A stretch of DNA of 64,000 bases. Source: Myxococcota bacterium. GTDB taxonomy: Bacteria; Myxococcota_A; UBA9160. The stretch spans positions 26,871 through 90,870 of the forward strand of contig DATFYN010000028.1 in NCBI GenBank assembly GCA_035315025.1. The letters run 5' to 3'. Position numbers and translations under genes: made by a program. Position 1 is the first letter of the stretch; the number at the start of each line of letters is the position of its first letter. Shown here in pieces: positions 1 to 8,898 of this stretch. The notes beneath the pieces are model-generated. The model made no database searches, was not told where the DNA came from, and was given only the letters and a program-made list of their open reading frames with translations.

Positions 1-1268
1 GCGTTTCTGCGGTAAGGGAGCGCGTGCCGAAGCTCCGCCACTTCATCGCCGTGGACGACGAGAGCGGCGTAGACATCTCGCCCCTCGGCGCGGTGCCCTA
101 CGAGGAGGCGCTGGCTTCGGCTTCGCCCAAGCGGCAGTTCGCGGAGCGCTCGCCCGACGACCTCTACATCATCTACACCGGCGGCACGACGGGGATGCCA
201 AAGGGCGTGATGTGGCGGCACGAAGACGCCTTCTTCTCCTGCCTGATGGGTGCGAACCCGGCCGGGCCACCGCCCGCGCGCGCGGAGGAGGTCGCGGAAC
301 GGGCGAAGACAAAGCCGCCCATGGCGGGCATGTCCGCTGCGCCGCTGATCCACGGTGCTGCACAGCTCGGCACCATGATTGCGATGTTCCAGGGGTGGAA
401 GGCCGTGCTCGTGTCCCGCTTCGAGCCGCGCCTCGTCTGGCAGCAGGTCGCCCAAGAGCGCCCGGTTTCGATCTCCGTGGTGGGTGACGCCATGGCGCGG
501 CCCCTCGCTGCGGCTCTTGCCGAGCGCGACCCCTCGTGGGACCTCTCCTCGCTCATGATCCTCTCGTCGGCGGGGGCGATCCTCTCGCAGGCCGTGAAAG
601 ACGAGCTCAAGGCGCACCTGCCGCAGCTTGTCATCATGGACGCGTTCGGAGCTTCCGAGACCGGCTCCCAGGGCGGGGATGCCGGAGGCGTCCAGGCGAC
701 GGGTGGCATCCGCTTCCGCATGAACGCCAATACCTCTGTGCTCGACGACGAGCTCCAGCCGATCGCCCCTGGCAGCGGGCGCACGGGCCGCATCGCGCTG
801 CGCGGGCGCATCCCTCTCGGCTACTACGGCGACACCCAGAAAACCGCGCGCACGTTCGTCGTGAAGGACGGTGTGCGTTGGGTGTTGCCGGGTGACCTCG
901 GCCGGCCCGAGGCCGATGGCACCGTCACCGTTTTTGGCCGCGGTTCGATCTGCATCAACTCTGGGGGAGAGAAGATCTTCCCCGAGGAAGTCGAGAACGC
1001 GCTGAAGGCCCATCCCGCCGTCTTTGACGCGGTGGTGGTGGGCGTTCCCGACGCCCGCTGGGGCGAGCGTGTGACCGCGATTGTTCAGACGCGCCCGGGC
1101 CTTTCGGCGGGCTTTGAGGAGCTGGCGGCGCACTGCCGCGCGCGCGTGGCGGGATACAAGGTGCCGCGCGAGGTGCATTTCGTCGACCAAATCGTGCGCT
1201 CGCCGAGCGGCAAGCCCGACTATCCGTGGGCCAAGCAGTTCGTGATCGACCGCTCGGCAAAGGCGTAA
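1..1268 (+). CDS. AMP-dependent acyl-CoA synthetase/ligase, 5' end truncated by window edge
   Basis: The reading frame is open from the window start. It carries the adenylate-forming motif YTGGTTGMPKGVMW and the C-terminal GYKVPREV...SPSGKPDY. ORF track 24..1268. Confidence 0.85.
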   Translation, partial: VSAVRERVPKLRHFIAVDDESGVDISPLGAVPYEEALASASPKRQFAERSPDDLYIIYTGGTTGMPKGVMWRHEDAFFSCLMGANPAGPPPARAEEVAERAKTKPPMAGMSAAPLIHGAAQLGTMIAMFQGWKAVLVSRFEPRLVWQQVAQERPVSISVVGDAMARPLAAALAERDPSWDLSSLMILSSAGAILSQAVKDELKAHLPQLVIMDAFGASETGSQGGDAGGVQATGGIRFRMNANTSVLDDELQPIAPGSGRTGRIALRGRIPLGYYGDTQKTARTFVVKDGVRWVLPGDLGRPEADGTVTVFGRGSICINSGGEKIFPEEVENALKAHPAVFDAVVVGVPDARWGERVTAIVQTRPGLSAGFEELAAHCRARVAGYKVPREVHFVDQIVRSPSGKPDYPWAKQFVIDRSAKA

Positions 1269-1288
1269 GCCAAACACAGGAGTCCGTG

Positions 1289-2845
1289 ATGGCGCAGAGC
1301 TTCTGGGCCTTCGCACAGGCCAACCCTGATCATCTCGCTCTCGTCGAGCCGCCGGAAAGCGGCGAACGCGAGGTGAAGGCCGGGGAGCTCCTCGCCGGCT
1401 GCAACCAGATCGTGCATGGCCTGCGGGAGCTCGGCCTTGGCAAAGGCGACTGCATCGCGGTCGTGCTTCCCAATGGTGCAGCGATGATCGAGCTCTACCT
1501 CGCCGCGCTGCAAGGCGGCTGGTATCTGACGCCAATCAATCATCACCTCGCCGCACCGGAGATCGCCTACATCGTCCAGGACTGTGAGGCGAAGGCCTTC
1601 ATTGCGGACGCGCGTTTCGCAGCGACGGCCAAGCCTGCCATGGACGAGCTCCGATTCCCGGCGAACGCCCGCTTCGCGATCGGTGCCGTGCCCGGATTTC
1701 GGCCCTACGCCGAGTTGAAGGAGCGCCAGCCGACGTCGCTCCCGGCGGATCGCTCGGCCGGCTCCGTGATGTTCTACACCTCGGGCACGACGGGACGTCC
1801 GAAGGGCGTGCGACGCGGCCTCGCGCCGCTCGATCCTGACACCGTGGCGACGCTCTTTACGGCCTTCCTGCAAATGTTCGGCATCAAGCCCCTCGACCGG
1901 AACGTCCACCTGTGTGGCTCCCCGCTCTACCACACCGCGGTTCTCACCTTCGCGAGCTGCTCGCTCCACATGGGCCATACCCTCGTGCTCATGGAGAAGT
2001 GGACGCCCGAGGGTTGCCTCACAGCGATCGAGAAGCGCCGGGTCACCACGAGCCATATGGTCCCCACACAATTCCACAGGCTGCTCGCGCTCCCGGCGGA
2101 GGTGCGCGCGCGCTACGACATCTCCTCGCTGCGAACCATGGTGCACGCGGCGGCCCCCTGCCCGCCCGAGATCAAGCGAAAGATGATCGAGTGGTGGGGC
2201 CAGACGATCTACGAGTACTACGCGGCGACCGAAGGGGGAGGCACGCTCGTTGCTCCCCAGGAATGGCTGCGGTATCCCGGCACTGTCGGCAAGGCATGGC
2301 CGGGCTCTGCGATTCGCATCCTGGACGACGAAGGCAAGGAAAAGCCCGTGGGCGAGCCGGGCACGGTCTACATGGCGCTCGGGCCTGCGGCGTTCGAGTA
2401 CCACAAGGACAAGGCGAAGACCGACGCGAGCCGCCGGGAGGGGTTCTTCACGGTTGGCGACATCGGCTACCTGAACGAGGACGGCTATCTCTTCCTGTGC
2501 GATCGCAAGAACGACATGATCATCTCCGGCGGCGTCAACATCTACCCTGCTGAGGTGGAGGCCGCGCTGCTCGCTCATCCCAAGGTGGGAGACGCTGCGG
2601 TCTTTGGGATCCCGGATCCCGACTGGGGGGAGCAGGTGAAGGCCGTAGTCGAGCCCGCCGCAGGCGTCGACCCGAGTCCAGCCCTCGCGCAAGAGATCCT
2701 GGTGTTCTGCGCCGACCGGATTGCGAAATACAAGATGCCGAAGAGCATCGACTTTCTGGCTGCGCTGCCGCGTGACCCGAACGGGAAGCTCTACAAACGA
2801 AAGCTGCGAGACCCCTATTGGGAAGGTCGCGAGCGGAAGATCTAG
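1289..2845 (+). CDS. AMP-forming acyl-CoA synthetase
   Basis: Motifs YTSGTTGRPKGV and GDIGYLNEDGYLFLCDRKNDMIISGGVNIYP are present. ATG 1289 is preferred over track start 1226 because AGGAG at 1278-1282 lies 6 nt upstream and 1226 would overlap the previous gene. Confidence 0.9.
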   Translation: MAQSFWAFAQANPDHLALVEPPESGEREVKAGELLAGCNQIVHGLRELGLGKGDCIAVVLPNGAAMIELYLAALQGGWYLTPINHHLAAPEIAYIVQDCEAKAFIADARFAATAKPAMDELRFPANARFAIGAVPGFRPYAELKERQPTSLPADRSAGSVMFYTSGTTGRPKGVRRGLAPLDPDTVATLFTAFLQMFGIKPLDRNVHLCGSPLYHTAVLTFASCSLHMGHTLVLMEKWTPEGCLTAIEKRRVTTSHMVPTQFHRLLALPAEVRARYDISSLRTMVHAAAPCPPEIKRKMIEWWGQTIYEYYAATEGGGTLVAPQEWLRYPGTVGKAWPGSAIRILDDEGKEKPVGEPGTVYMALGPAAFEYHKDKAKTDASRREGFFTVGDIGYLNEDGYLFLCDRKNDMIISGGVNIYPAEVEAALLAHPKVGDAAVFGIPDPDWGEQVKAVVEPAAGVDPSPALAQEILVFCADRIAKYKMPKSIDFLAALPRDPNGKLYKRKLRDPYWEGRERKI

Positions 2846-2849
2846 CGGC

Positions 2850-3968
2850 GTGGATTTCGCGTTCAGTGACGAGCAGGAGCAGTTCCGGGAAACGCTACGC
2901 CGCTTTCTCGCCGAGCACGCGCCGATGGCCGAAGTGCGTCGCACGATGGAGACCCCCGAGGGCTTCGACGACGCGCTCTGGAAACGAATGGCGAGAGAGC
3001 TCGGGCTGCAGGGCGTGCACCTTCCCGAGGCCTATGGAGGGCAAGGCTTTTCATTCCTGGAGCTCGGCATCGTGCAGGAAGAACTCGGCCGGGCGCTCGT
3101 CCCCACGCCGTACTTTTCCACAGTGTGTCTTGCCGCGAACGCGATCCTGAACGCCGGCAGCGAGGCGGACCGCCGTCTGCTCTTGCCCGCGATCGCCTCC
3201 GGCGAGCCTTGCCTGGCTGGAGAGCTCGGGCGGCTGGGACCTTCCCAGCGTGTCCCTCGAGTGTCGCCGCGACGGGAGCTTCGTTCTCGACGGGGTGAAG
3301 ACGCTCGTTTCCGACGGAGGCTCGGCCGAGCTTCTTCTCGTGGTGGGGCGCCTTCCGGGGACCCAAGGGGAAGACGGGGGGTCACACTCCTGCGTGTCGA
3401 TCGAGCGGCTCCCGGTGTGAAGCTCGACGTGCCGCCATCCCTCGACCCCACGCGGCGCCAGGCCCGCCTCGAGCTCGCGGGCGCCCGGGCCGAAGCCCTG
3501 GGGCGGCGCTGGAGCTGCAGGCGGCGCGCTCCTAAGATCGCTCTCCCAGGCCACCGTGTGCCTCGCCTTCGAGATGATGGGCGGTGCAGCGCGCTGCCTC
3601 GAGATGGCCGTGGCCTACGCAAAAACGCGCGTCCAGTTCGCGCGGCCGATCGGCGCATTTCAGGCCGTGAAGCACAAGTGCGCGGAGGTGCTGCTTGAGC
3701 TTGAGCTCGCGCGCTCGGCGGTCTACTACGCGGGCTGGGCGGCGGCCGAGGCGCGCCAGGATCTTCCGCTCGCGGCAAACCTCGCCAAGGCCGCGGGGGC
3801 GGAGGCCTCCTTGCGGGCTGCGGCGGAGAACATCCAGATCCATGGCGGGGTCGGCTTCACCTGGGAGTACGCCCCGCATCTCTATTACAAGAGGGCGAAG
3901 GCCTCCGAGATTATGCTTGGCGATCCCACCCTTCATCGTGCGAGCCTGGCCGCGGGCTCGGTCTCTAG
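2850..3968 (+). pseudogene. acyl-CoA dehydrogenase, disrupted by several frameshifts
   Basis: The gene starts at GTG 2850 (VDFAFSDEQEQFRETLRRF...). ACAD-like sequence continues in three different frames: WDLPSVSLECRRDGSFVLDGVKTLVSDGGSAELLLVVGR, then VTLLRVDRAAPGVKLDVPPSLDPTRRQARLEL, then FEMMGGAARCLEMAVAYAKTRVQFARPIGAFQAVKHKCAE...YYKRAKASEIMLG. There is no in-frame stop after the last conserved block. Confidence 0.8.
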
Positions 3969-3978
3969 GCCGAGCCGG

Positions 3979-4572
3979 CTAGACCTCCGCCGCGTAGGGC
4001 GGCGCGGGCTCGTACTGGATGTAGCGCTGCACCTTCCGAGCGACTTCAGGGCTGTGGAGCTGGCCCACGAGCCAGAGCGTCATATCGATTCCCGCCGACA
4101 CCCCCGCCGAGGTCACGAGCGAGCCGTCTCGCACGTAGCGGGGACCGTCCAGCACCGTGACCTCCGGCCGCTTTCGGAACTCGGGCACGAAGGCCCAGTG
4201 CGTGGTGACGCGCTTTCCCCGGGCAAAGCCCGCCTCATGCAAGAGCAAAGAGCCTGTACACACGCTCGCGACCCACGTCGCGTGTGCGCCCGCCTTGCGC
4301 AGCCAGTCGATGAGCGCGGGATTTGCCACCTCGCGCCGCGTGCCGATTCCGCCGGGCACAAGCACGACGTCGAGCGCCGGCGCGTTCGCGAAGCTGTGAT
4401 CGGGCAGGACGCGCAGGCCCTTTGCGCAGCGCACCGGGCCCTCGCGCTCGGCAATGGTGACCGTGCGACCTTCGCCCGTGACCTGAGCCGCGGCCGTCAA
4501 GACTTCCCAGGGTCCGACGAAGTCGAGCTCCTCGGCGTCGTCAAACAACAGGATCCCAGTCGTCGTGGGCAT
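3979..4572 (-). CDS. DJ-1/PfpI family protein (class I glutamine amidotransferase-like)
   Basis: 197 aa ORF. It has the nucleophile-elbow context ASVCTGSLLLHEAG and the overall DJ-1/PfpI pattern (VLVPGG...TSAGVSAGIDM). Confidence 0.85.
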   Translation of the reverse strand: MPTTTGILLFDDAEELDFVGPWEVLTAAAQVTGEGRTVTIAEREGPVRCAKGLRVLPDHSFANAPALDVVLVPGGIGTRREVANPALIDWLRKAGAHATWVASVCTGSLLLHEAGFARGKRVTTHWAFVPEFRKRPEVTVLDGPRYVRDGSLVTSAGVSAGIDMTLWLVGQLHSPEVARKVQRYIQYEPAPPYAAEV

Positions 4573-4599
4573 GGCAGAGCCTCCTTGCGGCGCGCCTTA

Positions 4600-5610
4600 T
4601 TAGGCGCAGCGGAATCGACTTCGATAGGCGCTTGGCGACACGCGCACCGTGCGCATGAACGCTCGCCGCATCACCTCGGCGCTGCCAAAGCCGCAGCTGG
4701 CGGCCACAGATTCGACGTCGTCCCGCGACTCCTCGAGGCGTCGGCGTGCGGCTTCGACGCGAACCCGCAGAATGAACTTCGCCGGGGTGAGTCCGACCTC
4801 ACGTAGGAAGACGCGCGAAAAATGACGGGGACTCATGGCCACCCGCCGCGCCAAACTCTCGACCCCGAGGTCGGCCTCGGGATGATCGGAGATCCATGCC
4901 TGCAGATCGCGCAGGGGCTCGCGCTCGGCGGCCTGTGCCGCGAGCTGAGCGCTGAACTGCGACTGCCCGCCAGGGCGTTTCAAGAAGAGCACGAGCTGGC
5001 GGGCGACCTCGAGCGCCAGCGTGCGACCTAGATCCTCCTCCACAAGTCCTAGGGCGAGGTCCATCCCGGCGGTGACCCCCGCGGAGGTGTAGATGCGGCC
5101 GTCGCGGACGAAGATCGGGTCGGGCTCGACCTTGACCTGCGGGTAGCGCTTCGCGAGCTCCCCACAATGCGCCCAGTGCGTCGTGGCGCGCCGGCCGTTG
5201 AGCAGTCCGGCCTCCGCCAGCAGAAAGGCCCCCGTACACACAGAAGCAAGCCGCCGGACCCGCGGCGCCATGCGCCGCAGGAAGCCGAGGACGAAGGGGC
5301 TGCGCATCGCCTGCTGGGAACCCACACCGCCCGCGACGAGCAGGGTGTCCAGCCGACCGCGCACCGCAGCGAGGGGACGCGCGGCCAGGATCTCGACCCC
5401 GCTCGACGTCTTCACGGGTCCGCTGCGCTCTGCGATCACCTCCGCCTCGTAGATGGGATCCGCGCGCAGACCCTGCTCCACCAGAAAGCGCGCGCTTCGC
5501 GCAAAGACTTCCACCGGGCCCGTGATGTCGAGCATCTGCGCCCCGGGGTAGGCCAACATTGCGATCCGGCGCGGAGCGCGGGGCCCACGGAGCGTATGAG
5601 ACGGCGTCAT
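4600..5610 (-). CDS. GlxA-family transcriptional regulator (DJ-1/PfpI-like N-domain + AraC HTH)
   Basis: The N-terminal domain is DJ-1-like (SVCTGAFLLAEAGLL). The C-terminal AraC-type HTH is SLARRVAMSPRHFSRVFLREVGLTPAKF. ATG at 5610 (MTPSHTL) was chosen over the longer track ORF. Confidence 0.85.
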   Translation of the reverse strand: MTPSHTLRGPRAPRRIAMLAYPGAQMLDITGPVEVFARSARFLVEQGLRADPIYEAEVIAERSGPVKTSSGVEILAARPLAAVRGRLDTLLVAGGVGSQQAMRSPFVLGFLRRMAPRVRRLASVCTGAFLLAEAGLLNGRRATTHWAHCGELAKRYPQVKVEPDPIFVRDGRIYTSAGVTAGMDLALGLVEEDLGRTLALEVARQLVLFLKRPGGQSQFSAQLAAQAAEREPLRDLQAWISDHPEADLGVESLARRVAMSPRHFSRVFLREVGLTPAKFILRVRVEAARRRLEESRDDVESVAASCGFGSAEVMRRAFMRTVRVSPSAYRSRFRCA

Positions 5611-5721
5611 GGCACGAGCATCGTTCCGCCGGACGCTGTCTGCAATGACATTTAGCCCATCAATTCTGCCAAACTGCCGGGCGTCCCGGGCGATTTCCGT
5701 CGCGGCGTGGGCTACGCCCAA

Positions 5722-6639
5722 TCACTCGTCGGCGAGCCAGTCGCGCGGCTTCAAGAACTCCTCGCCAAGCCGCGCCTCCGGGCTTCCGGGTTCGGGTCGG
5801 TAGGCGTAGCGCCAGCGCACGAGCGGCGGGAGGGAGGCCAGGACGGACTCCACGCGCCGCCCGGACTGAAGCCCGTAGAGCGTGCCGCGGTCGTAGACCA
5901 GGTTGAACTCCACGTAGCGCCCGCGTCGGTGGAGTTGAAACTCGCGCTCGCGTTCACCGTAGGGCAGGGCTTTGCGTCGCTGCAGGATGGGGAGATACGC
6001 CTCGAGGTAGGCATCGCCTACCCGGCGCACGAACGCGAAGGTATGGTCGAACCCTCCTTCGCACAGGTCGTCGAAGAAAAGTCCCCCGATGCCGCGTGTC
6101 TCGCCGCGGTGTTTCAGATAGAAGTACTCGTCGCACCACTTCTTGAAGCGCGCATAGGCATCGGGCGCGAAATCTCTGCAGGCGGCACGCGCCACGCGAT
6201 GCCAGTGCACGATATCGTCCTCGAAGACGTAGTACGGCGTGAGATCGAAGCCCCCGCCAAACCACCAACCCGACGACGCCGCGGCGGTCTCGGTGGCAAA
6301 GAAGCGGAGATTCATGTGCGAAGTGGGGACGTAGGGATTTCGGGGATGCACGATCAGCGAGAGCGACACGGCTTCAAAACCCGCTCCCGCAAGCTCCGGG
6401 CGGCGTGCCGTTGCGGCGGGAGGAAGGCGATCCCCCCGCGCGTGGGTAAAGTGGACTGCCGCCTTCTCGATCGCCGCGCCGTCTTCGAGGGCGCGCGGAC
6501 GCGCGATCGTGCCGCCCTCGCCCGAAGTGGCATCCTCGCGAAAGCGCGCGCGCCCATCCGCGGCTTCGAGCGCAGCGCAGATGCGATCTTGCAGCGCAAG
6601 CAGGTGGTCACGCACGGGGATCGCATGGGGAGACGACAT
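5722..6639 (-). CDS. hemF: oxygen-dependent coproporphyrinogen III oxidase
   Basis: HemF signatures are present: [24 protein letters not shown] and [11 protein letters not shown]. Confidence 0.92.
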   Translation of the reverse strand: MSSPHAIPVRDHLLALQDRICAALEAADGRARFREDATSGEGGTIARPRALEDGAAIEKAAVHFTHARGDRLPPAATARRPELAGAGFEAVSLSLIVHPRNPYVPTSHMNLRFFATETAAASSGWWFGGGFDLTPYYVFEDDIVHWHRVARAACRDFAPDAYARFKKWCDEYFYLKHRGETRGIGGLFFDDLCEGGFDHTFAFVRRVGDAYLEAYLPILQRRKALPYGEREREFQLHRRGRYVEFNLVYDRGTLYGLQSGRRVESVLASLPPLVRWRYAYRPEPGSPEARLGEEFLKPRDWLADE

Positions 6640-6719
6640 GTCTCCAGTCTACCGCGAGTGGGCGCACGACCGCGGCCGGCCGGGTAGCATACCGCGGGTC
6701 GCAGGATGAGGAGCTTCGC

Positions 6720-8285
6720 GTGAATGGCGCCGAGGCGTTGATTCGCACGCTCGCAGAGGCGGGCGTCGAGCTGTGTTTGGCAAACCCCGGCACGACCGAA
6801 ATGCACCTCGTCGGCGCGCTCGACGTCGTCGGGATGCGCGCAGTGCTCGGGCTTTTCGAAGGCGTGTGCACGGGGGCGGCGGACGGCTATGGCCGCATGG
6901 CGGACAAGCCGGCGCTCGTCGTGCTCCATCTCGGGCCCGGCTTTGCGAATGGTGCGGCAAACCTCCACAACGCGCGCCGCGCCCACACACCGCTCGTGTG
7001 CGTGGTGGGGGACCACGCCACCTGGCACGCTGCCGCCGACGCCCCCCTGCAGACCGACTTGGCAGGTCTCGCCCGCCCGGTCTCGGACTGGGTACACACC
7101 GTAAAGTGTGCAGAGGAGCTGCCCCGTGACGGGGCCCGGGCCCTTGCTGCGGCAAGCGCAGGGCCAGGCGGAGTCGCGACGCTCATCGTCCCGGCGGATT
7201 GTGCGTGGGGAGAGGCGAAAGGTCCCTTCGCCATGACGGCGCCTAGCGTGCGCGGGGCGAACGTCGAGGACGCGCGGATCGACGCAGCGGCGGGTGCGCT
7301 GCGCCGAGCCGGACGCCCCGCGGCGCTCCTGCTTGGCGCGCGAGGTCTGCGAAAGCGTGGCCTCGACGCGGCGGGAAGGATCGCCGCCGCCTCGGGATGC
7401 ACGCTCCTCGCTGAGACCTTCCCCTCGCGCATGGAGCGCGGGGCGGGACTTCCAGCGGTGGCAAAGCTCCCCTACTTCCCCGAGGACGCAAGGGAGCTCC
7501 TGAGCGGCTTCGAGACGCTCGTGCTCGCAGGAGCGCCAAGCCCGGTGGCTTTCTTCGGCTACCCAAACCAGCCGAGCAGCCTCGTGCCCGAGAGCTGTGA
7601 TCCGATCCTACTCGCAGAGCCCGGGGATGACGTCGCGGCCGCGCTCGAGGCCCTGGCGGACGCTCTCGGCGGCGGCCGCGTGGGCAACGTTGCAAAAGCG
7701 CTTCCCCGATCGTTCTCGCCCACGGGACGTCTTGACGCCGCGAACCTCGGAGCAGCGGTTGCCAGCGTGCAGCCCGAGGGCGCGATCGTCGTCGACGAGG
7801 CCTTAACCTCGGCCCTGCCTTGGACGCTGGCCTCGGCCGGCGCTCCGCCCCATACGCTGCTTTCGCTGACCGGAGGGGCGATCGGCCAGGGACTGCCGTG
7901 CGCGACGGGCGCTGCGATCGCCTGCCCCGACCGCCCAGTGATCGCGCTCCAGGCCGACGGCAGCGGGTTCTACACCGTGCAATCGCTCTGGACGCAGGCC
8001 CACGAGGGATTGAACGTCACGACCGTGATCTGCGCGAATCGCGGCTACCGCATCCTGCGCATCGAGCTAGCGCGTGCGGGGATTGCCCAGCCCGGACCGA
8101 ACGCGCTCGCACTCACGGGGTTTCAGCGGCCCGCGCCGGACTGGGTCGCCCTCGGGCGGGGCTTCGGTGTTCCCGGGGAGCGCGTCGAGACCGCCGAGGC
8201 CCTGCGCAGTGCACTCGTGCGCGCCCTCGACGAGCCTGGCCCGCACCTCGTCGAGGCTGTGCTTGAAGGCACCGCCGCAGCGTAA
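6720..8285 (+). CDS. thiamine-diphosphate-binding enzyme (acetolactate synthase large-subunit-like)
   Basis: GTG start. The N-terminal TPP-pyrimidine domain is GAEALIRTLAEAGVELCLANPGTT. The C-terminal ThDP motif is LQADGSGFY...ICANRGY. Confidence 0.8.
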   Translation: MNGAEALIRTLAEAGVELCLANPGTTEMHLVGALDVVGMRAVLGLFEGVCTGAADGYGRMADKPALVVLHLGPGFANGAANLHNARRAHTPLVCVVGDHATWHAAADAPLQTDLAGLARPVSDWVHTVKCAEELPRDGARALAAASAGPGGVATLIVPADCAWGEAKGPFAMTAPSVRGANVEDARIDAAAGALRRAGRPAALLLGARGLRKRGLDAAGRIAAASGCTLLAETFPSRMERGAGLPAVAKLPYFPEDARELLSGFETLVLAGAPSPVAFFGYPNQPSSLVPESCDPILLAEPGDDVAAALEALADALGGGRVGNVAKALPRSFSPTGRLDAANLGAAVASVQPEGAIVVDEALTSALPWTLASAGAPPHTLLSLTGGAIGQGLPCATGAAIACPDRPVIALQADGSGFYTVQSLWTQAHEGLNVTTVICANRGYRILRIELARAGIAQPGPNALALTGFQRPAPDWVALGRGFGVPGERVETAEALRSALVRALDEPGPHLVEAVLEGTAAA

Positions 8286-8300
8286 GGCGCGCGCCCCACT

Positions 8301-8849
8301 TTACGTCTGCCAGCTGCGCACAAAGGCGATCTGCTCGTCGGTTTCCGGCGAGGCGCCCGGAGCCCCTGCGCGCAGCCGCGCGAGCACGTCCACGAAATTG
8401 TCGGGGGTCGCGAGCCCGCAGCGCAGGAGATAGACGCCGACGACTGTCCCCGTGCGCCCGCGTCCGCCCCAGCAGTGGACGTAAGGCGTACGCTGCCTCG
8501 TGATCGCCGCGTCGATGGCGTCCTGGATCGCCACCATCGTGGCGCGCGAGGGCGTCGCGCAGTCCTCGATCTCGAACCGCTCCACGGAGCAGTCGAAGCC
8601 GCTCTCCCGCGCGACCTCGTGGAGCAAGGGCGCGTACGGGGGAGCACCCATGCGCGGCTCTTCTTGCATGAGATCGATGAAGGTCCGCGCGCCGCATTCG
8701 AGCAGAGCGTGGAGCTGTCGCCGGGCGATCTCGTGAGAGGGATGCCCCGGGAAGCAGCCCGCGATCAAGAGCGGCTCTCGGACCCAGTAGGCGAGGGGGA
8801 AAGGCAGGCGCCCCACGGCGCGATGGTAAACTCGCTCCTCCTCCCACAC
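8301..8849 (-). CDS. Cys-based dual-specificity/tyrosine protein phosphatase
   Basis: The P-loop VHCWGGRGRTGT matches HCxxGxxR. The start is uncertain: GTG 8849 was chosen because the longer track ORF (to 9563) runs antisense/out of frame through the upstream GH84 gene. Confidence 0.7.
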   Translation of the reverse strand: MWEEERVYHRAVGRLPFPLAYWVREPLLIAGCFPGHPSHEIARRQLHALLECGARTFIDLMQEEPRMGAPPYAPLLHEVARESGFDCSVERFEIEDCATPSRATMVAIQDAIDAAITRQRTPYVHCWGGRGRTGTVVGVYLLRCGLATPDNFVDVLARLRAGAPGASPETDEQIAFVRSWQT

Positions 8850-8898
8850 GAGAGGAGCGGCGCATGGCGCGCGCCTTGCGCGTCCCGTCTGACCTCGC

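Noticed and set aside
1220-2944. 574-aa ORF on the minus strand
   Set aside because: It is antisense to a clearly motif-bearing acyl-CoA synthetase. The translation is Arg/Ala/Gly-rich with no recognisable domain, a typical shadow ORF of GC-rich DNA.
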